Under the pieces are notes generated by a model. The model saw only the letters and a list, made by a program, of their open reading frames with translations, made no database searches and was not told the origin of the DNA. Positions 18,857 to 28,890 of a stretch of DNA of 64,000 nucleotides are shown one piece after another. Origin of the DNA: an uncultured Nitrospiraceae bacterium (GTDB lineage: Bacteria > Nitrospirota > Thermodesulfovibrionia > Thermodesulfovibrionales > UBA6898); NCBI GenBank assembly GCA_963811165.1, contig CAWEQH010000008.1, forward strand, positions 32,001 through 96,000. Reading direction: 5' to 3'. The position numbers were made by a program, and so were the translations under genes. Each line of letters opens with the position of its first letter. The first letter of the stretch is position 1.

Positions 18857-20361
18857 TCACAGTGCGCCTACGTCGTAGTTTTCCTGGTGCATCTTGTTGT
18901 CGGCCCGGATGATCACCTTCACGCCATATTTGCTTTCGACATCTTCTATGCCGAGCATCTCCTCATCGGAGAGCATCTCGGCGACGATCGGGTGTGCGGT
19001 GATGATGATCTTTTGGCTGCCGTGCCTTGCAAGCTTTTTTATGGTCCTCAGGATTTCATAGCAGAGGGTGTCGGGGGATTTCACGAACCCTTTGCCTTCG
19101 CAGTAGGGGCAGGTGGTGCTCAGGGTCCTGCCCAGACTCTCCCTCACCCTTTTTCTCGTCATCTGGATGAGCCCGAGCTCTGATATATGGAAGATGGTGT
19201 TTTTTGCCCTGTCCTTTTTCATGGCCTCGGTGAAGGCGTTAAAGAGCTTGTCCCTGTTTTCGGCCTTGTCCATGTCGATGAAATCGATAATAATAATGCC
19301 GCCCAGGTTCCGAAGCCTTATCTGGTAAGAGATCTCCTTGACCGCCTCGAGGTTTGTCTTGAGGATTGTGTCTTCTAGTCCTTCCTTGCCGACGAATTTG
19401 CCGGTATTTACGTCGATGACGGTCATCGCCTCTGTCTGGTCGACGACGATATACCCGCCGGATTTGAGCCAGACCCTTCTGCCGATCGCCCTTGAAATGT
19501 CGAGCTCAATACCAAATGCGTCGAAAATCGGCTCGGTCTCTTCGTATAACTCGATCTTTGTCCAGGAGCTTGGGGAAATACGTCTTCACAAATTCGATGA
19601 TCCTGTTGTATTCTTCGGTTGAATCGATAATAAGCCGCTCGACATCCTGGCTCATGAGGTCGCGGACAGACCGAAATACAAGATCGAGGTCGCTGTAGAG
19701 AAGGCCTCTGGCAGGGACCCTGTCTTTTTTCTCAGCGAGATTTTCCCAAAGAAGAAGCAGAAAATGGAGGTCTTTTTCGATGTCCTCTTCTGTGGAAGCT
19801 TCGCTCGCCGTCCTGATGATAAGGCCGTACCCCGCGGGCTTTATCCTCTCGACGATCGCCTTGAGCCTGTTTCTCTCTTCCTCATCGGATATCCTCCGTG
19901 AGATGCCGATATGCTCGACATTGGGCATAAGGACAAGATATCTGCCCGGCAGGGTTATGTATGAGGTGACGCGGGCGCCTTTGGCCCTATCGGGTCCTTT
20001 GACACCTGTACCAGAAACTCCTGCCCCTCCTGGATGATCTCTTCAATCGTCATCTCGGACCGGCATTTCCGCGATATTACCTCGAGGAATTTTCTTTTTC
20101 TTCCTCTTCAAAAAGGGGAGCGTATTCATCCGTGTCGGCCTTAATGTCGGCCACATAGAGGAAGGCCGCTTTTTCGAGGCCGATGTCTACAAAGGCGGAC
20201 TGCATGCCCGGAAGTATCTTTACGACCTTCCCTTTGAAAATGTTCCCTACGAGGCTCGCGTCTCGTTTGCGCTCGACATAGAATTCGACGACCTGTCCGC
20301 CTTCAAGCAAGGCCACACGTGTTTCCCCTCTTGTGACATTTATCAGGATCTCGCTGCCCAT
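18857..20361 (-). CDS. rng: Ribonuclease G/E family, three frameshifts (~20090, ~19986, ~19558)
   Basis: GNIFKGKVVKILPGMQSAFVDIG; shifted frames give QEFLVQVSKDPIG, KGARVTSYITLPGRYLV, VWLKSGGYIVVDQTEAMTVIDVNTGK and LRNLGGIIIIDFIDM. Confidence 0.93.
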
Positions 20362-22844
20362 ACCCTCTCGTCCTCTATCGGTTCTGCCCAGCTTCCGTTC
20401 CACCCGAAGACCGACAAACGGGTGATATCGAGTTGCTCCGCGGGAACTCCAAATAGGGCAGGCATCAATTCACCGAGCCTCACCTTCAGGTTCCCCTGGT
20501 CCCGAAGCGTCAGTCGAAAAGTCTTCTCGTCGAGCCTCACTGCTTCTTCCACCATCTTCCTTATATCAATGAGTTCTTCTTTTCTTTCTACAAGTACTTC
20601 TTCCCTGCCGAAAAATCCGGAGCCGTCAAGCTTCTGATCGGACCGTATTTCATATGTATATCTTACAACAAAACTGTTAAGTGACTTTTCCCTCCTGTCA
20701 AGCAAGACCGCCTTATTGGCCCTTATGCCCGCAGGAAGGACCCTATTGAGTGTCTCTAAAAAAAACTCCTTCTTAAAAGGCGGCGCGATTTCCACGTCCA
20801 GGTATTCTTTGATGCCCGCGACGCCTACGCCCAATGCCGGGCCGAGGGAGACCTTCGGAGAAGGGTGGAATCCGGACGAATACTTAAGCGGGAAACCGGC
20901 CCTCCGCAAGGCCCGCATAATAGCGGTCATCAGTTCGAGATGGGAGAGATATCTTGCATTGCCGGTCTTTGAATACTCGGCCCTGATCCTCACTGACTCA
21001 TCATTACGCGAAGAGATGAAGTTTTTGAAAGGACGCACGGGCACGGTTTCCATTACCCCTTCAGAGGCCGCCCTCCCGATGCCGTTTTCCGACCCCGCAT
21101 CCGCCTCTTTGTCATGCTCGCATTTCAGACCGCAGCCATGACAGCTTTTTCTGCAGTCAGGGGTAAAATTCCCTGAAAGGGCGTTCTGATATTCCCTGAT
21201 AAGATATTCCTTTGTGACCCCAGTCAGAATGTTTTCCCAGGGGAGGGGAGATTCCAGGGAGAATGTCTTTTCTGCGGAGGCGTGGGCGTCTATCCCGGAA
21301 ATATCCATCGCCTTTTGCCATTTTTCGAAATCGAAGACATCTGTCCAGGCATCGAGCCTGCACCCTTGCTTCCATGCGGCCTCAATCAGGGCCGAAACAC
21401 TTTCGTCCCCCCTCGCAAAGACCGCTTCCAGTAAGGACATCTCTTCGTTATGTCCCTTGTATTTTACGCCCTTTTTTAATAGCGCCTTTTTGAGGTAAGC
21501 GTTTTTTTCTCTAAGGACCTCAAGCGGGTTTTGCCCGAACCACTGAAAGGGCGTATGCGGCTTAGGGATAAAAGAAGAGACCCCTACACTGATATTTACG
21601 TGCCTGCCGGTAAGCCTCTTTGATATCTTTATCGCCTGATGGACCATCTCGGGGATTGCGGTAATGTCCTCTTCGGTTTCTGTCGGCAGCCCGGACATGA
21701 AATAAAGCTTGAGGTTATGCCAGCCCTCCTTAAAAAGGGTCTCAAGGGCCTTAAGGTAAATCTCTTCCGAGAAGTCCTTGTTTATCACCGACCTGAGCCT
21801 GTCGGTGCCTGCTTCCGGCGCTATGGTGAACCCTGTTTTTCTCACGGCCCTGATTTCCCGCAGGATACCGCTGTTTACCGAGGCGACCCGCAGGGAGGGC
21901 AAAGAGATGGAGATCCTGTTACCGCCGAACTTTCTGTTGAATTCTCTCATCAGTGACTGAAGGCAGGAGTAATCTCCGGAACTGAGGGAGGTAAAGGAGA
22001 CATCCTCATATCCCGTATTTTTCAATGATTTTTCGGCAAGTTCGAGCACCTTCTGAGGTGACCTTTCACGGACCGGCCTGTAGGCCATCCCTGCCTGACA
22101 GAACCTGCAGCCCATGGAACAGCCCCTGGCGATCTCGATGTTGACCCTGTCATGAACAATGTTCGTATAAGGGAGCACCGGGCTTTCAGGAAACGGGGCG
22201 TCTTCTAGAGAAGTGATGATCCTGCGTGTGACCTTCCTGTCCTTCCCCAAAGATGGGACGAAGACACCTTCTATTTCTGCAAGGGCCTTAAGGAGACCCT
22301 CTTTCCCCTCTCTCCCCGCTTCTTTCCATCCGAGGTGAGTGCCCAGGATCTCCTTTATCGCCTCCTCGGCGTCTCCTATAAAGAAGGCGTCTATGAAGGG
22401 GGACATCGGGAAAGGGTTAAGGGTGCAGGGGCCCCCCGCAATAACAAGAGGTCCTCCTTTTTTACTAAGGCGCTCCTCTGTCCTGACCGGAATGCCGCCC
22501 AGGCTGAGCATGTTTAAGACAGTGGGGTACGCAAGCTCATACTGAAGACTGAAACCGACAATATCGAAATCCTTTAAGGGAAGCCCCGACTCAAGTGATG
22601 AGAGAAGCACCCCCTTCCTTCTCATCGCATCTTCCACGTCGGTCCATGGAGCAAAAACCCTTTCCGCCGAAGCATAAGGGAGTTTATTGATAATGTCATA
22701 GAGGATCTTTAGGCCCAGGTGCGACATCCCTATCTCGTAGATGTCGGGGAAGGCGAGTGCCACCTTCAGGGGGGCCTTCTTATGGATAGAATTCAGCTCG
22801 CTGTTAATATATCTGCTGGGTTTTTGAAAAGATAAAAGATTCAC
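20343..22844 (-). CDS. B12-binding radical SAM protein (TIGR03960-like) fused to DUF2344 (TIGR03936-like) domain
   Basis: KPSRY, AFPDIYEIGMSHLG, CSMGCRFC, FTIAPEAG, PKPHTPFQW; C-terminal YLSHLE...GFHPSPKVS. Confidence 0.92.
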   Translation of the reverse strand: MNLLSFQKPSRYINSELNSIHKKAPLKVALAFPDIYEIGMSHLGLKILYDIINKLPYASAERVFAPWTDVEDAMRRKGVLLSSLESGLPLKDFDIVGFSLQYELAYPTVLNMLSLGGIPVRTEERLSKKGGPLVIAGGPCTLNPFPMSPFIDAFFIGDAEEAIKEILGTHLGWKEAGREGKEGLLKALAEIEGVFVPSLGKDRKVTRRIITSLEDAPFPESPVLPYTNIVHDRVNIEIARGCSMGCRFCQAGMAYRPVRERSPQKVLELAEKSLKNTGYEDVSFTSLSSGDYSCLQSLMREFNRKFGGNRISISLPSLRVASVNSGILREIRAVRKTGFTIAPEAGTDRLRSVINKDFSEEIYLKALETLFKEGWHNLKLYFMSGLPTETEEDITAIPEMVHQAIKISKRLTGRHVNISVGVSSFIPKPHTPFQWFGQNPLEVLREKNAYLKKALLKKGVKYKGHNEEMSLLEAVFARGDESVSALIEAAWKQGCRLDAWTDVFDFEKWQKAMDISGIDAHASAEKTFSLESPLPWENILTGVTKEYLIREYQNALSGNFTPDCRKSCHGCGLKCEHDKEADAGSENGIGRAASEGVMETVPVRPFKNFISSRNDESVRIRAEYSKTGNARYLSHLELMTAIMRALRRAGFPLKYSSGFHPSPKVSLGPALGVGVAGIKEYLDVEIAPPFKKEFFLETLNRVLPAGIRANKAVLLDRREKSLNSFVVRYTYEIRSDQKLDGSGFFGREEVLVERKEELIDIRKMVEEAVRLDEKTFRLTLRDQGNLKVRLGELMPALFGVPAEQLDITRLSVFGWNGSWAEPIEDERVWAARS

Positions 22845-22924
22845 CGTTTAAGATACCACCCGCTGAGCCGCTTTGGCAAGCCGTCCGCTTGACTTACGGC
22901 CGCGGCAAGCGTTTAAATAAGAGA

Positions 22925-23692
22925 ATGAAAATATTCAGATTCATATCAGTCCTCGTCCTTGTGCTTTCCTTTTTTTCCTGTTCCGCAAAGCCGATCGTGA
23001 AGACCGATGAGCCGTTCGACGCGGAGAAATTTTTCACAAAAGCCAACAAGCTCATCGACGATAAACAATACAGCGAAGCGCGCACCGTTTTGCTCGAAGT
23101 AAAAAACAGAGACCTTACGAAAAAATTTGCCCCCCTTGCCCAGTTGAGGATCGCCGATTCCTATGTGAAGGAAGAAGAGACCGAACTCGCCGTAGCCGAA
23201 TACAGGAAGTTCATCGAGATGTATCCTGATCACAGGAATGCCCCGTACGCGCAGTACCAGATCGCGATGGTGTATTTCAATCAGATCGAAAGCCCCGAAA
23301 GGGGGTACAGCGGTGCGGCCAGCGCCCTTGCCGAATTCGAAAAACTAAAGCGTAATTTCCCCAGGAACCCTTACAAGGAACTGATCGAGATAAGGATTGA
23401 GAAGTGCCGCAACGTCATGGCGGATTACGAATTTCTCGTGGGGGAATTTTATATGAAGAAAGGCTCCTACGCCCCGGCGATCGACCGGTTCGAGGGGTTG
23501 TTGAAAAACTTTCCGGATTACAAGAAACAGGAGAAGGTCCTGATGGACCTTGCACTGTCCTATAAGAAAACCGGCCAGAAGGAAAAATCCGTGGAAAGGC
23601 TAAAGAGTATTATCGAAAAGTACCCCAGCAGCCCTGTCACCTCTGATGCCAAGAAAGAACTTTCCTCTATCCAGGCCGGGAACAAAAAGTAA
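22925..23692 (+). CDS. bamD: Outer membrane assembly lipoprotein BamD
   Basis: Lipobox FFSC; TPRs; AQLRIADSY, YPDHRNAPYAQY, EFLVGEFY. Confidence 0.88.
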   Translation: MKIFRFISVLVLVLSFFSCSAKPIVKTDEPFDAEKFFTKANKLIDDKQYSEARTVLLEVKNRDLTKKFAPLAQLRIADSYVKEEETELAVAEYRKFIEMYPDHRNAPYAQYQIAMVYFNQIESPERGYSGAASALAEFEKLKRNFPRNPYKELIEIRIEKCRNVMADYEFLVGEFYMKKGSYAPAIDRFEGLLKNFPDYKKQEKVLMDLALSYKKTGQKEKSVERLKSIIEKYPSSPVTSDAKKELSSIQAGNKK

Positions 23693-23707
23693 CGCGGCGC
23701 CCGGCCG

Positions 23708-24343
23708 GTGAATTACTATCCCGTATTCCTTAACCTAAACGGCAAGAAAGCGGTTGTCGTGGGAGGCGGGAAAGTCGCACAGAGAAAGGTAATCTCTCTC
23801 CTTGATGCAGGGGCGGATGTTACGGTAATAAGTCCTTCTCTTACGAGTGAACTCCGAAAGGCCCTCGTGGGGGGGAAGATACGACATATTCCCCGCTTTT
23901 ACAGGAAGAATGATTTAAAAGGTGCTTTCCTCGTGATCGCCGCTACCGATTCTGCCGAAACGAACAGGAAGGTCTCAAAGGGCGCGCCTGCCCTGGTCAA
24001 CGTGGTGGATGTACCCGCAGAATGCAATTTTATCACGCCCTCTGTTGTCAGAAGGGGACAGCTTCTTATCGCGATATCGACAGGCGGGGCGAGCCCGGCA
24101 TTTTCGAGGGCCCTCCGGAAGGACCTTCAGATGCGGTACGGTCCCGAGTTTTCAGGGTATCTGAAATTTGTGAAACAGATCAGGGCGAAGGCCATGGCAA
24201 CAATCCCCCAAGGGCACGGCAGGGAGCGGTTCCTCAAGGGGCTCGCTTCGGAGGATACCATAAAGGCACTCCGGAGTCGGGGTGTCGACGCGGTAAAGAA
24301 GACGGTTATAGGCAGGCTCGAGAAGTTGGCACGGACCACCTGA
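23708..24343 (+). CDS. sirC: Precorrin-2 dehydrogenase / sirohydrochlorin ferrochelatase (CysG N-terminal type)
   Basis: YYPVFLNL, VVGGGKVAQRK, VNVVD, IAISTGGASP. Confidence 0.92.
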   Translation: MNYYPVFLNLNGKKAVVVGGGKVAQRKVISLLDAGADVTVISPSLTSELRKALVGGKIRHIPRFYRKNDLKGAFLVIAATDSAETNRKVSKGAPALVNVVDVPAECNFITPSVVRRGQLLIAISTGGASPAFSRALRKDLQMRYGPEFSGYLKFVKQIRAKAMATIPQGHGRERFLKGLASEDTIKALRSRGVDAVKKTVIGRLEKLARTT

Positions 24344-24414
24344 GTGGCATAGCGAGGCCGCTCGAATGCGTCACCTCGCAAAGGTGATGATGGATTCTGC
24401 AATAAAGTGCGTTC

Positions 24415-24443
24415 TTGAAAAAAAACGAAGGGTATGGTAATCT
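24415..24443 (+). promoter_or_regulatory. sigma70 promoter of rpsB operon
   Basis: TTGAAA-N17-TAATCT with TG extension. Confidence 0.6.
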
Positions 24444-24479
24444 TTTAAACTTACACAGCCCGCATTTTACGGGTTGAAA

Positions 24480-24560
24480 ATTCACACGCCGGCTACAGTC
24501 CTGCCATATGGTCCCGAAACGGGTTGGCAGTGCAGGCGGAGGAAAAACCACAGGAGGCAT
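24480..24560 (+). ncRNA. rpsB 5' leader (S2 autogenous operator, t44-like)
   Basis: CACACGCC...hairpin CTGCCA/TGGCAG...GGCGGAGG-AAAAACC arrangement resembles conserved rpsB leaders; expected position. Confidence 0.55.
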
Positions 24561-24565
24561 ATACA

Positions 24566-25330
24566 ATGGTAGTTTCAATGAAAGAGTTGCTTGAGGCCGG
24601 GGTGCATTTCGGCCATCAGGTAAAGCGCTGGAACCCGAAGATGAAGAAGTATATCTTCGGCGAAAGAAACGGTATCTACATCATCGATCTTCAAAAGACC
24701 CTCAAAGGCCTGGAGGAGGCGTATAATTTCGTGCGGGAGGTTGCCGCTACGGGCGCAGAGGTGCTTTTTGTCGGCACGAAGAAACAGGCCCAGGACGCGG
24801 TCATGGAGGAAGCCAACAGGGCATCGGTGCATTACGTCAACCAAAGATGGCTCGGCGGCATGATGACAAATTTTACGACGGTAAAGAAGAGTATAGAAAG
24901 ACTGAAAAAGATAGAGGCGATGAAGGAGGACGGGACGATGCAGCTCCTGCCCAAAAGGGAAGCCTCGGCCATTGAGAAGGAAAGGGCCAAGCTCGATAAG
25001 AACCTCTCGGGCATAAAGCCTATGAAAGAGCTGCCCGGGGTGATGTTCGTCATCGACCCCAAGAAAGAGAGGATCGGGATAGCGGAGGCAAGGAAATTGT
25101 CGATACCGATAGTGGCGGTGGTGGATACGAATTGCGACCCCGATGAGATTGATTATGTAATACCGGGCAACGACGACGCCATCAGGGCGATAAAGCTCCT
25201 TACGTCAAAGATCGCCAATGCGGTCCTCGAGGGGCGGGCGGTGCTCAACAAGGAGTCCCAGCAGGAGGCTGAAAAGGCCCAGGTCGCAGAGAAGATCCAG
25301 GCTGAAGAGGCCCAGGAGGTGACGGAATGA
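24566..25330 (+). CDS. rpsB: 30S ribosomal protein S2
   Basis: [40 protein letters not shown]. Confidence 0.99.
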   Translation: MVVSMKELLEAGVHFGHQVKRWNPKMKKYIFGERNGIYIIDLQKTLKGLEEAYNFVREVAATGAEVLFVGTKKQAQDAVMEEANRASVHYVNQRWLGGMMTNFTTVKKSIERLKKIEAMKEDGTMQLLPKREASAIEKERAKLDKNLSGIKPMKELPGVMFVIDPKKERIGIAEARKLSIPIVAVVDTNCDPDEIDYVIPGNDDAIRAIKLLTSKIANAVLEGRAVLNKESQQEAEKAQVAEKIQAEEAQEVTE

Positions 25331-25941
25331 CGACGATATCGGCCGACGCAGTAAGGGACCTCAGGGAAAAGACCGGCGCCGGCATGATGGAATGCAAGAA
25401 AGCGCTGGTCGAAAGCAGCGGAGATTTTGAAAAGGCGATAGACCTGCTCAGACAGAGGGGCCTGGCGACGGCCGCGAAAAAGGCCGGAAGGACCGCCTCC
25501 CAGGGATTAATCGGTTCTTACATACACATGGACAAGATCGGCGTAATGATCGAGGTCAACTGTGAAACGGATTTTGTGGCAAGAACGGATGATTTTAAGG
25601 AACTGGTGAAGGACCTGGCCATGCAGGTTGCCGCAGCAAACCCGGCCTATCTTTCAAGGGAGGAAGTCCCTCAGGACGTCATCGAGCGCGAGAAGGAGAT
25701 ATACCGCGCACAGGTGACGAACAAGCCGCCTCAGGTGGTCGAAAAGATAGTCGAGGGGAAGCTTGAGAAGTTTTTTTCCGATACCTGCCTGGTGGACCAG
25801 ATATTTGTGAAAGACCCCGACAAGAAGGTGAAGGACGTCATCACAGAAAAAGTATCAAAGGTCGGTGAGAATATAGTGGTGAGGCGGTTTGTGAGATATC
25901 AGCTCGGGGAGACCCAGCCTTCGGAGTCCAAGAGCTGCTGA
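25327..25941 (+). CDS. tsf: Elongation factor Ts (short form)
   Basis: [26 protein letters not shown]. Confidence 0.98.
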   Translation: MTTISADAVRDLREKTGAGMMECKKALVESSGDFEKAIDLLRQRGLATAAKKAGRTASQGLIGSYIHMDKIGVMIEVNCETDFVARTDDFKELVKDLAMQVAAANPAYLSREEVPQDVIEREKEIYRAQVTNKPPQVVEKIVEGKLEKFFSDTCLVDQIFVKDPDKKVKDVITEKVSKVGENIVVRRFVRYQLGETQPSESKSC

Positions 25942-25947
25942 GGAGAT

Positions 25948-26694
25948 ATGCCCCATAAATATCAGAGGATACTCCTTAAGTTAAGCGGTGAGGCCCTTAT
26001 GGGTAACAGGGGATACGGTATCGACGCCGCCACTGTTGACTTTATGGCGAAGGAGATCAAGGACGTGGCCTCGATGGGTGTCCAGATATCCATAGTCATC
26101 GGCGGGGGCAATATCTTCAGGGGCGTACAGGGAAGCCTTGAGGGCATGGAGCGGGCTTCGGCGGACTATATGGGAATGCTTGCGACGGTGATCAATGCAC
26201 TGGCCCTTCAAAATGCGCTTGAAAAATACGACCTCCCAACGAGGGTGCAATCTGCAATCGAGATGCAGGAACTCGCCGAACCCTATATCAGGAGGAAGGC
26301 GATGCGGCATCTTGAAAAAGGGAGGATAGTCATCTTCGCTGCAGGTACCGGAAACCCCTATTTTACGACGGACACCGCCGCGGCCTTGAGGGCGATGGAG
26401 ATCGGGGCGCAGGTCATCCTCAAAGGGACGAAGGTGGACGGTGTATATTCTTCGGACCCGGTGAAGGACCCCAAGGCCAAAAAGTACTCCGAGCTTACCT
26501 ACATGGAAGTGCTCAAGAAGGGCCTCGGGGTAATGGATTCGACTGCCGTTACTTTATGTATGGACAACAACCTCCCTATTGTGGTATTTAATTTAAAAGG
26601 GAAGGGAAATATACGGAAGGTCGTTGAGGGAAAGAAAGTCGGGACAATAGTCAGGGGGAATGATGCAGCAGGAGCTAAGAAAAAAGACAGTTGA
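25948..26694 (+). CDS. pyrH: UMP kinase
   Basis: [36 protein letters not shown]. Confidence 0.98.
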   Translation: MPHKYQRILLKLSGEALMGNRGYGIDAATVDFMAKEIKDVASMGVQISIVIGGGNIFRGVQGSLEGMERASADYMGMLATVINALALQNALEKYDLPTRVQSAIEMQELAEPYIRRKAMRHLEKGRIVIFAAGTGNPYFTTDTAAALRAMEIGAQVILKGTKVDGVYSSDPVKDPKAKKYSELTYMEVLKKGLGVMDSTAVTLCMDNNLPIVVFNLKGKGNIRKVVEGKKVGTIVRGNDAAGAKKKDS

Positions 26695-27220
26695 TCGTAT
26701 GCACGGCGCGCTCGAGGCGCTAAAGAAGGACTTAGGTTCCATACGGACCGGGAGGGCGAGTCTTGCACTTCTGGACGGAATGACGATCGATTATTACGGC
26801 ACCCCGACGCCGCTGCAACAACTTGCGAGTCTGAGCATCCCCGAAAGCAGACAGATAGCGATCCAGCCGTGGGAAAGCAAGATAATCCCCGATATAGAGA
26901 AGGCCATTCTTAAGTCCGACCTGGGGCTTACCCCGATGAACGACGGCAAGCTCATCAGGATTACGATCCCTGTCCTTACCGAGGAAAGAAGGAAACAGCT
27001 CGTGAAGGTGGTGAAGAAGAGGTCCGAAGAGGCCAAGGTGGCCGTCCGCAACATACGGAGAGAATCGAACGAGGAGCTTAAGAAGTTTGAAAAAGAAAAA
27101 CACCTTTCCGAAGATGATGTGAAAAAGGAACAGGAAGAGATACAAAAGATTACCGATGCAAATATAAAGAAGGTAGATGAGATCCTGGAACACAAGGAAA
27201 AAGAGATAATGGAGGTTTAG
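26660..27220 (+). CDS. frr: Ribosome recycling factor
   Basis: [28 protein letters not shown]. Confidence 0.98.
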   Translation: MMQQELRKKTVDRMHGALEALKKDLGSIRTGRASLALLDGMTIDYYGTPTPLQQLASLSIPESRQIAIQPWESKIIPDIEKAILKSDLGLTPMNDGKLIRITIPVLTEERRKQLVKVVKKRSEEAKVAVRNIRRESNEELKKFEKEKHLSEDDVKKEQEEIQKITDANIKKVDEILEHKEKEIMEV

Positions 27221-27222
27221 CA

Positions 27223-27360
27223 ATGAACAGCAACTTTATGCTCAAGGTGGAAGACGCAAAGCTTCCCGATATCCAGAAGGCCCTTCAGCAGGCCGGCATC
27301 AAAGTCAGGAGCATCATAGAAGTCTTCAAAGAGGAACCCAAAAAAGAAGAAGCGAAATAA
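27223..27360 (+). CDS. 45-aa small protein (not in ORF track)
   Basis: MNSNFMLKVEDAKLPDIQKALQQAGIKVRSIIEVFKEEPKKEEAK; SD GGAGG inside the end of frr; its stop overlaps the dksA ATG. Confidence 0.7.
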   Translation: MNSNFMLKVEDAKLPDIQKALQQAGIKVRSIIEVFKEEPKKEEAK

Positions 27361-28034
27361 TGGCCGAAAAGAAAAAGAAGACAGTTCCTTCAAAAAAGCG
27401 GGCGACAAGACCCGGCGCCGTAAAAGCGCCTAAGAAAAAAACAGGCGTTGTTGGAGCCGCCAAAGGGAAGACATCCAGCCGTCCAAAGTTGACGAAGCCG
27501 GCTTCAAAGCCGGTAACGAAAAAGACGGCATCAAGCAGGAAGCCCGCTGCAAAAAAGGTGTCGGCGCTCAAAAAGACGCCTCTAAAGGCGAAAGTAGCGG
27601 CGAAAACGAAACCCAAAAAAGTTTCGAAAACTCCCAAGGCTATAGACGCCCTGAAGAATATCAAACAGGCCCTGATAAAGAGAAGGGAAGCTATCGTAAA
27701 AGAGGCAAAAGACGAGATCGCCAAATATATAAGCGGCGAGAACCGGCAGCTTGTAGATACCGCTTTGGACGATGGGGACTGGGCGGTGGTCGACATCTCC
27801 GAAGACATTAACCTAAGGAGACTCGCTACGCACCGGACGGCCCTTCACGACATCGACGAAGCACTGAGAAAGATAGAAGAGGGTTCCTACGGAATATGCG
27901 AAGAGTGCGGGGAACCGATAGGCGAAAAGAGATTAAGTGTCCTTCCTGCCGCGACACTCTGTGTCATCTGCCAGGGGAACAAGGAGCGGCTCGAAGCCAT
28001 AGAGAACGCGGCGCCTCTTCGGCCTTCTTCCTGA
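27360..28034 (+). CDS. dksA: DksA/TraR family C4 zinc-finger protein with Lys/Ala-rich N-terminal extension
   Basis: Coiled coil with DDGDWA (DxxDxA) tip; YGICEECGEPI..KRL...LCVIC. Confidence 0.88.
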   Translation: MAEKKKKTVPSKKRATRPGAVKAPKKKTGVVGAAKGKTSSRPKLTKPASKPVTKKTASSRKPAAKKVSALKKTPLKAKVAAKTKPKKVSKTPKAIDALKNIKQALIKRREAIVKEAKDEIAKYISGENRQLVDTALDDGDWAVVDISEDINLRRLATHRTALHDIDEALRKIEEGSYGICEECGEPIGEKRLSVLPAATLCVICQGNKERLEAIENAAPLRPSS

Positions 28035-28141
28035 AATTCACACAAGCTGCACTTTCTCATTATCCTTTTCTGTTCCAAACCTCTTGGTTTCTCCCACTAC
28101 GGGCTTAGACTGTTTGCCCTGCGGTTTTCTTAGGATTATCG

Positions 28142-28336
28142 GGTAGTGTCCTAATTTGCCTCGATCAAATCCCAAACCGACCAAAGATGATCCGTGACAC
28201 CCGCAGCCATCGCAGGAGTCATCCCGAGACTGCCATGAATCCTCACAAAGTTATAGTGTGCCCAATGCAGGGCGACCGCAGCCTTTAAATTGTCCAGCTT
28301 CTTGCTGAAAGCATGTGTAAGACGTGTAAAGCGCTT
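28142..28336 (-). mobile_element. IS1-family transposase C-terminal remnant with one terminal IR
   Basis: Minus-strand 28336-28151 translates KRFTRLTHAFSKKLDNLKAAVALHWAHYNFVRIHGSLGMTPAMAAGVTDHLWSVWDLIEAN*; GGTAGTG IS1-like end at 28142. Confidence 0.8.
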
Positions 28337-28397
28337 CTAGACCTCCCCGAAAGGTCCGCAGCCCCGAATCGGATGAGGACGTTCTCTACGCGACCCA

Positions 28398-28425
28398 TTG
28401 ACTAATCCCCCTTTTGCCCTACAAT
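28398..28425 (+). promoter_or_regulatory. Putative sigma70 promoter of the ACT gene
   Basis: TTGACT-N16-TACAAT. Confidence 0.5.
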
Positions 28426-28454
28426 GAGAATAAAAACCAGTCTGGAGGTGTGTT

Positions 28455-28853
28455 ATGGCAAAGGCAACGAAGGAAAGACTCCTAAGCTTCAGCATGCAGG
28501 ACAAACCCGGTCTGCTCTCTGAGATCACCACAAGGCTTTCGAAGGCGAAGGTGAACATCTCTGCGATCTGCGCATATGCGTGGGACGACACGGCTTACTT
28601 TGACATGACGACCGATAGTAACGCGAAGGCGAAGAAGGCCCTCAAGGACCTTAAATTAGAGTTCGAGGAAGAGGATGTCGTCGTGGTAGAGATGCCTGAC
28701 AAGGCCGGGGAGCTCGATAAGGTGGCAAAGGCGATCTCCGCCGCCGGGATCAACATCGGCTATATGTACGGAACTACTTCGGCCGGGAAGACTTCGAAGT
28801 GCCTGTTTAGCACATCCGACAACAGGAAGGCCCTGAAGCTGATCAACAAGTAG
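28455..28853 (+). CDS. Tandem ACT domain protein
   Basis: DKPGLLSEIT..LSKAKVNI and DKAGELDKVA..AAGINI.YMY; SD GGAGG. Confidence 0.9.
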   Translation: MAKATKERLLSFSMQDKPGLLSEITTRLSKAKVNISAICAYAWDDTAYFDMTTDSNAKAKKALKDLKLEFEEEDVVVVEMPDKAGELDKVAKAISAAGINIGYMYGTTSAGKTSKCLFSTSDNRKALKLINK

Positions 28854-28890
28854 GGCAATAAAGCATGTGAAGGAAGATTAGCTCCCACAC

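Noticed and set aside
18857..20361. rng as a true pseudogene or programmed frameshift
   Set aside because: Three unrelated indels in short runs with motifs otherwise intact fit sequencing error better.
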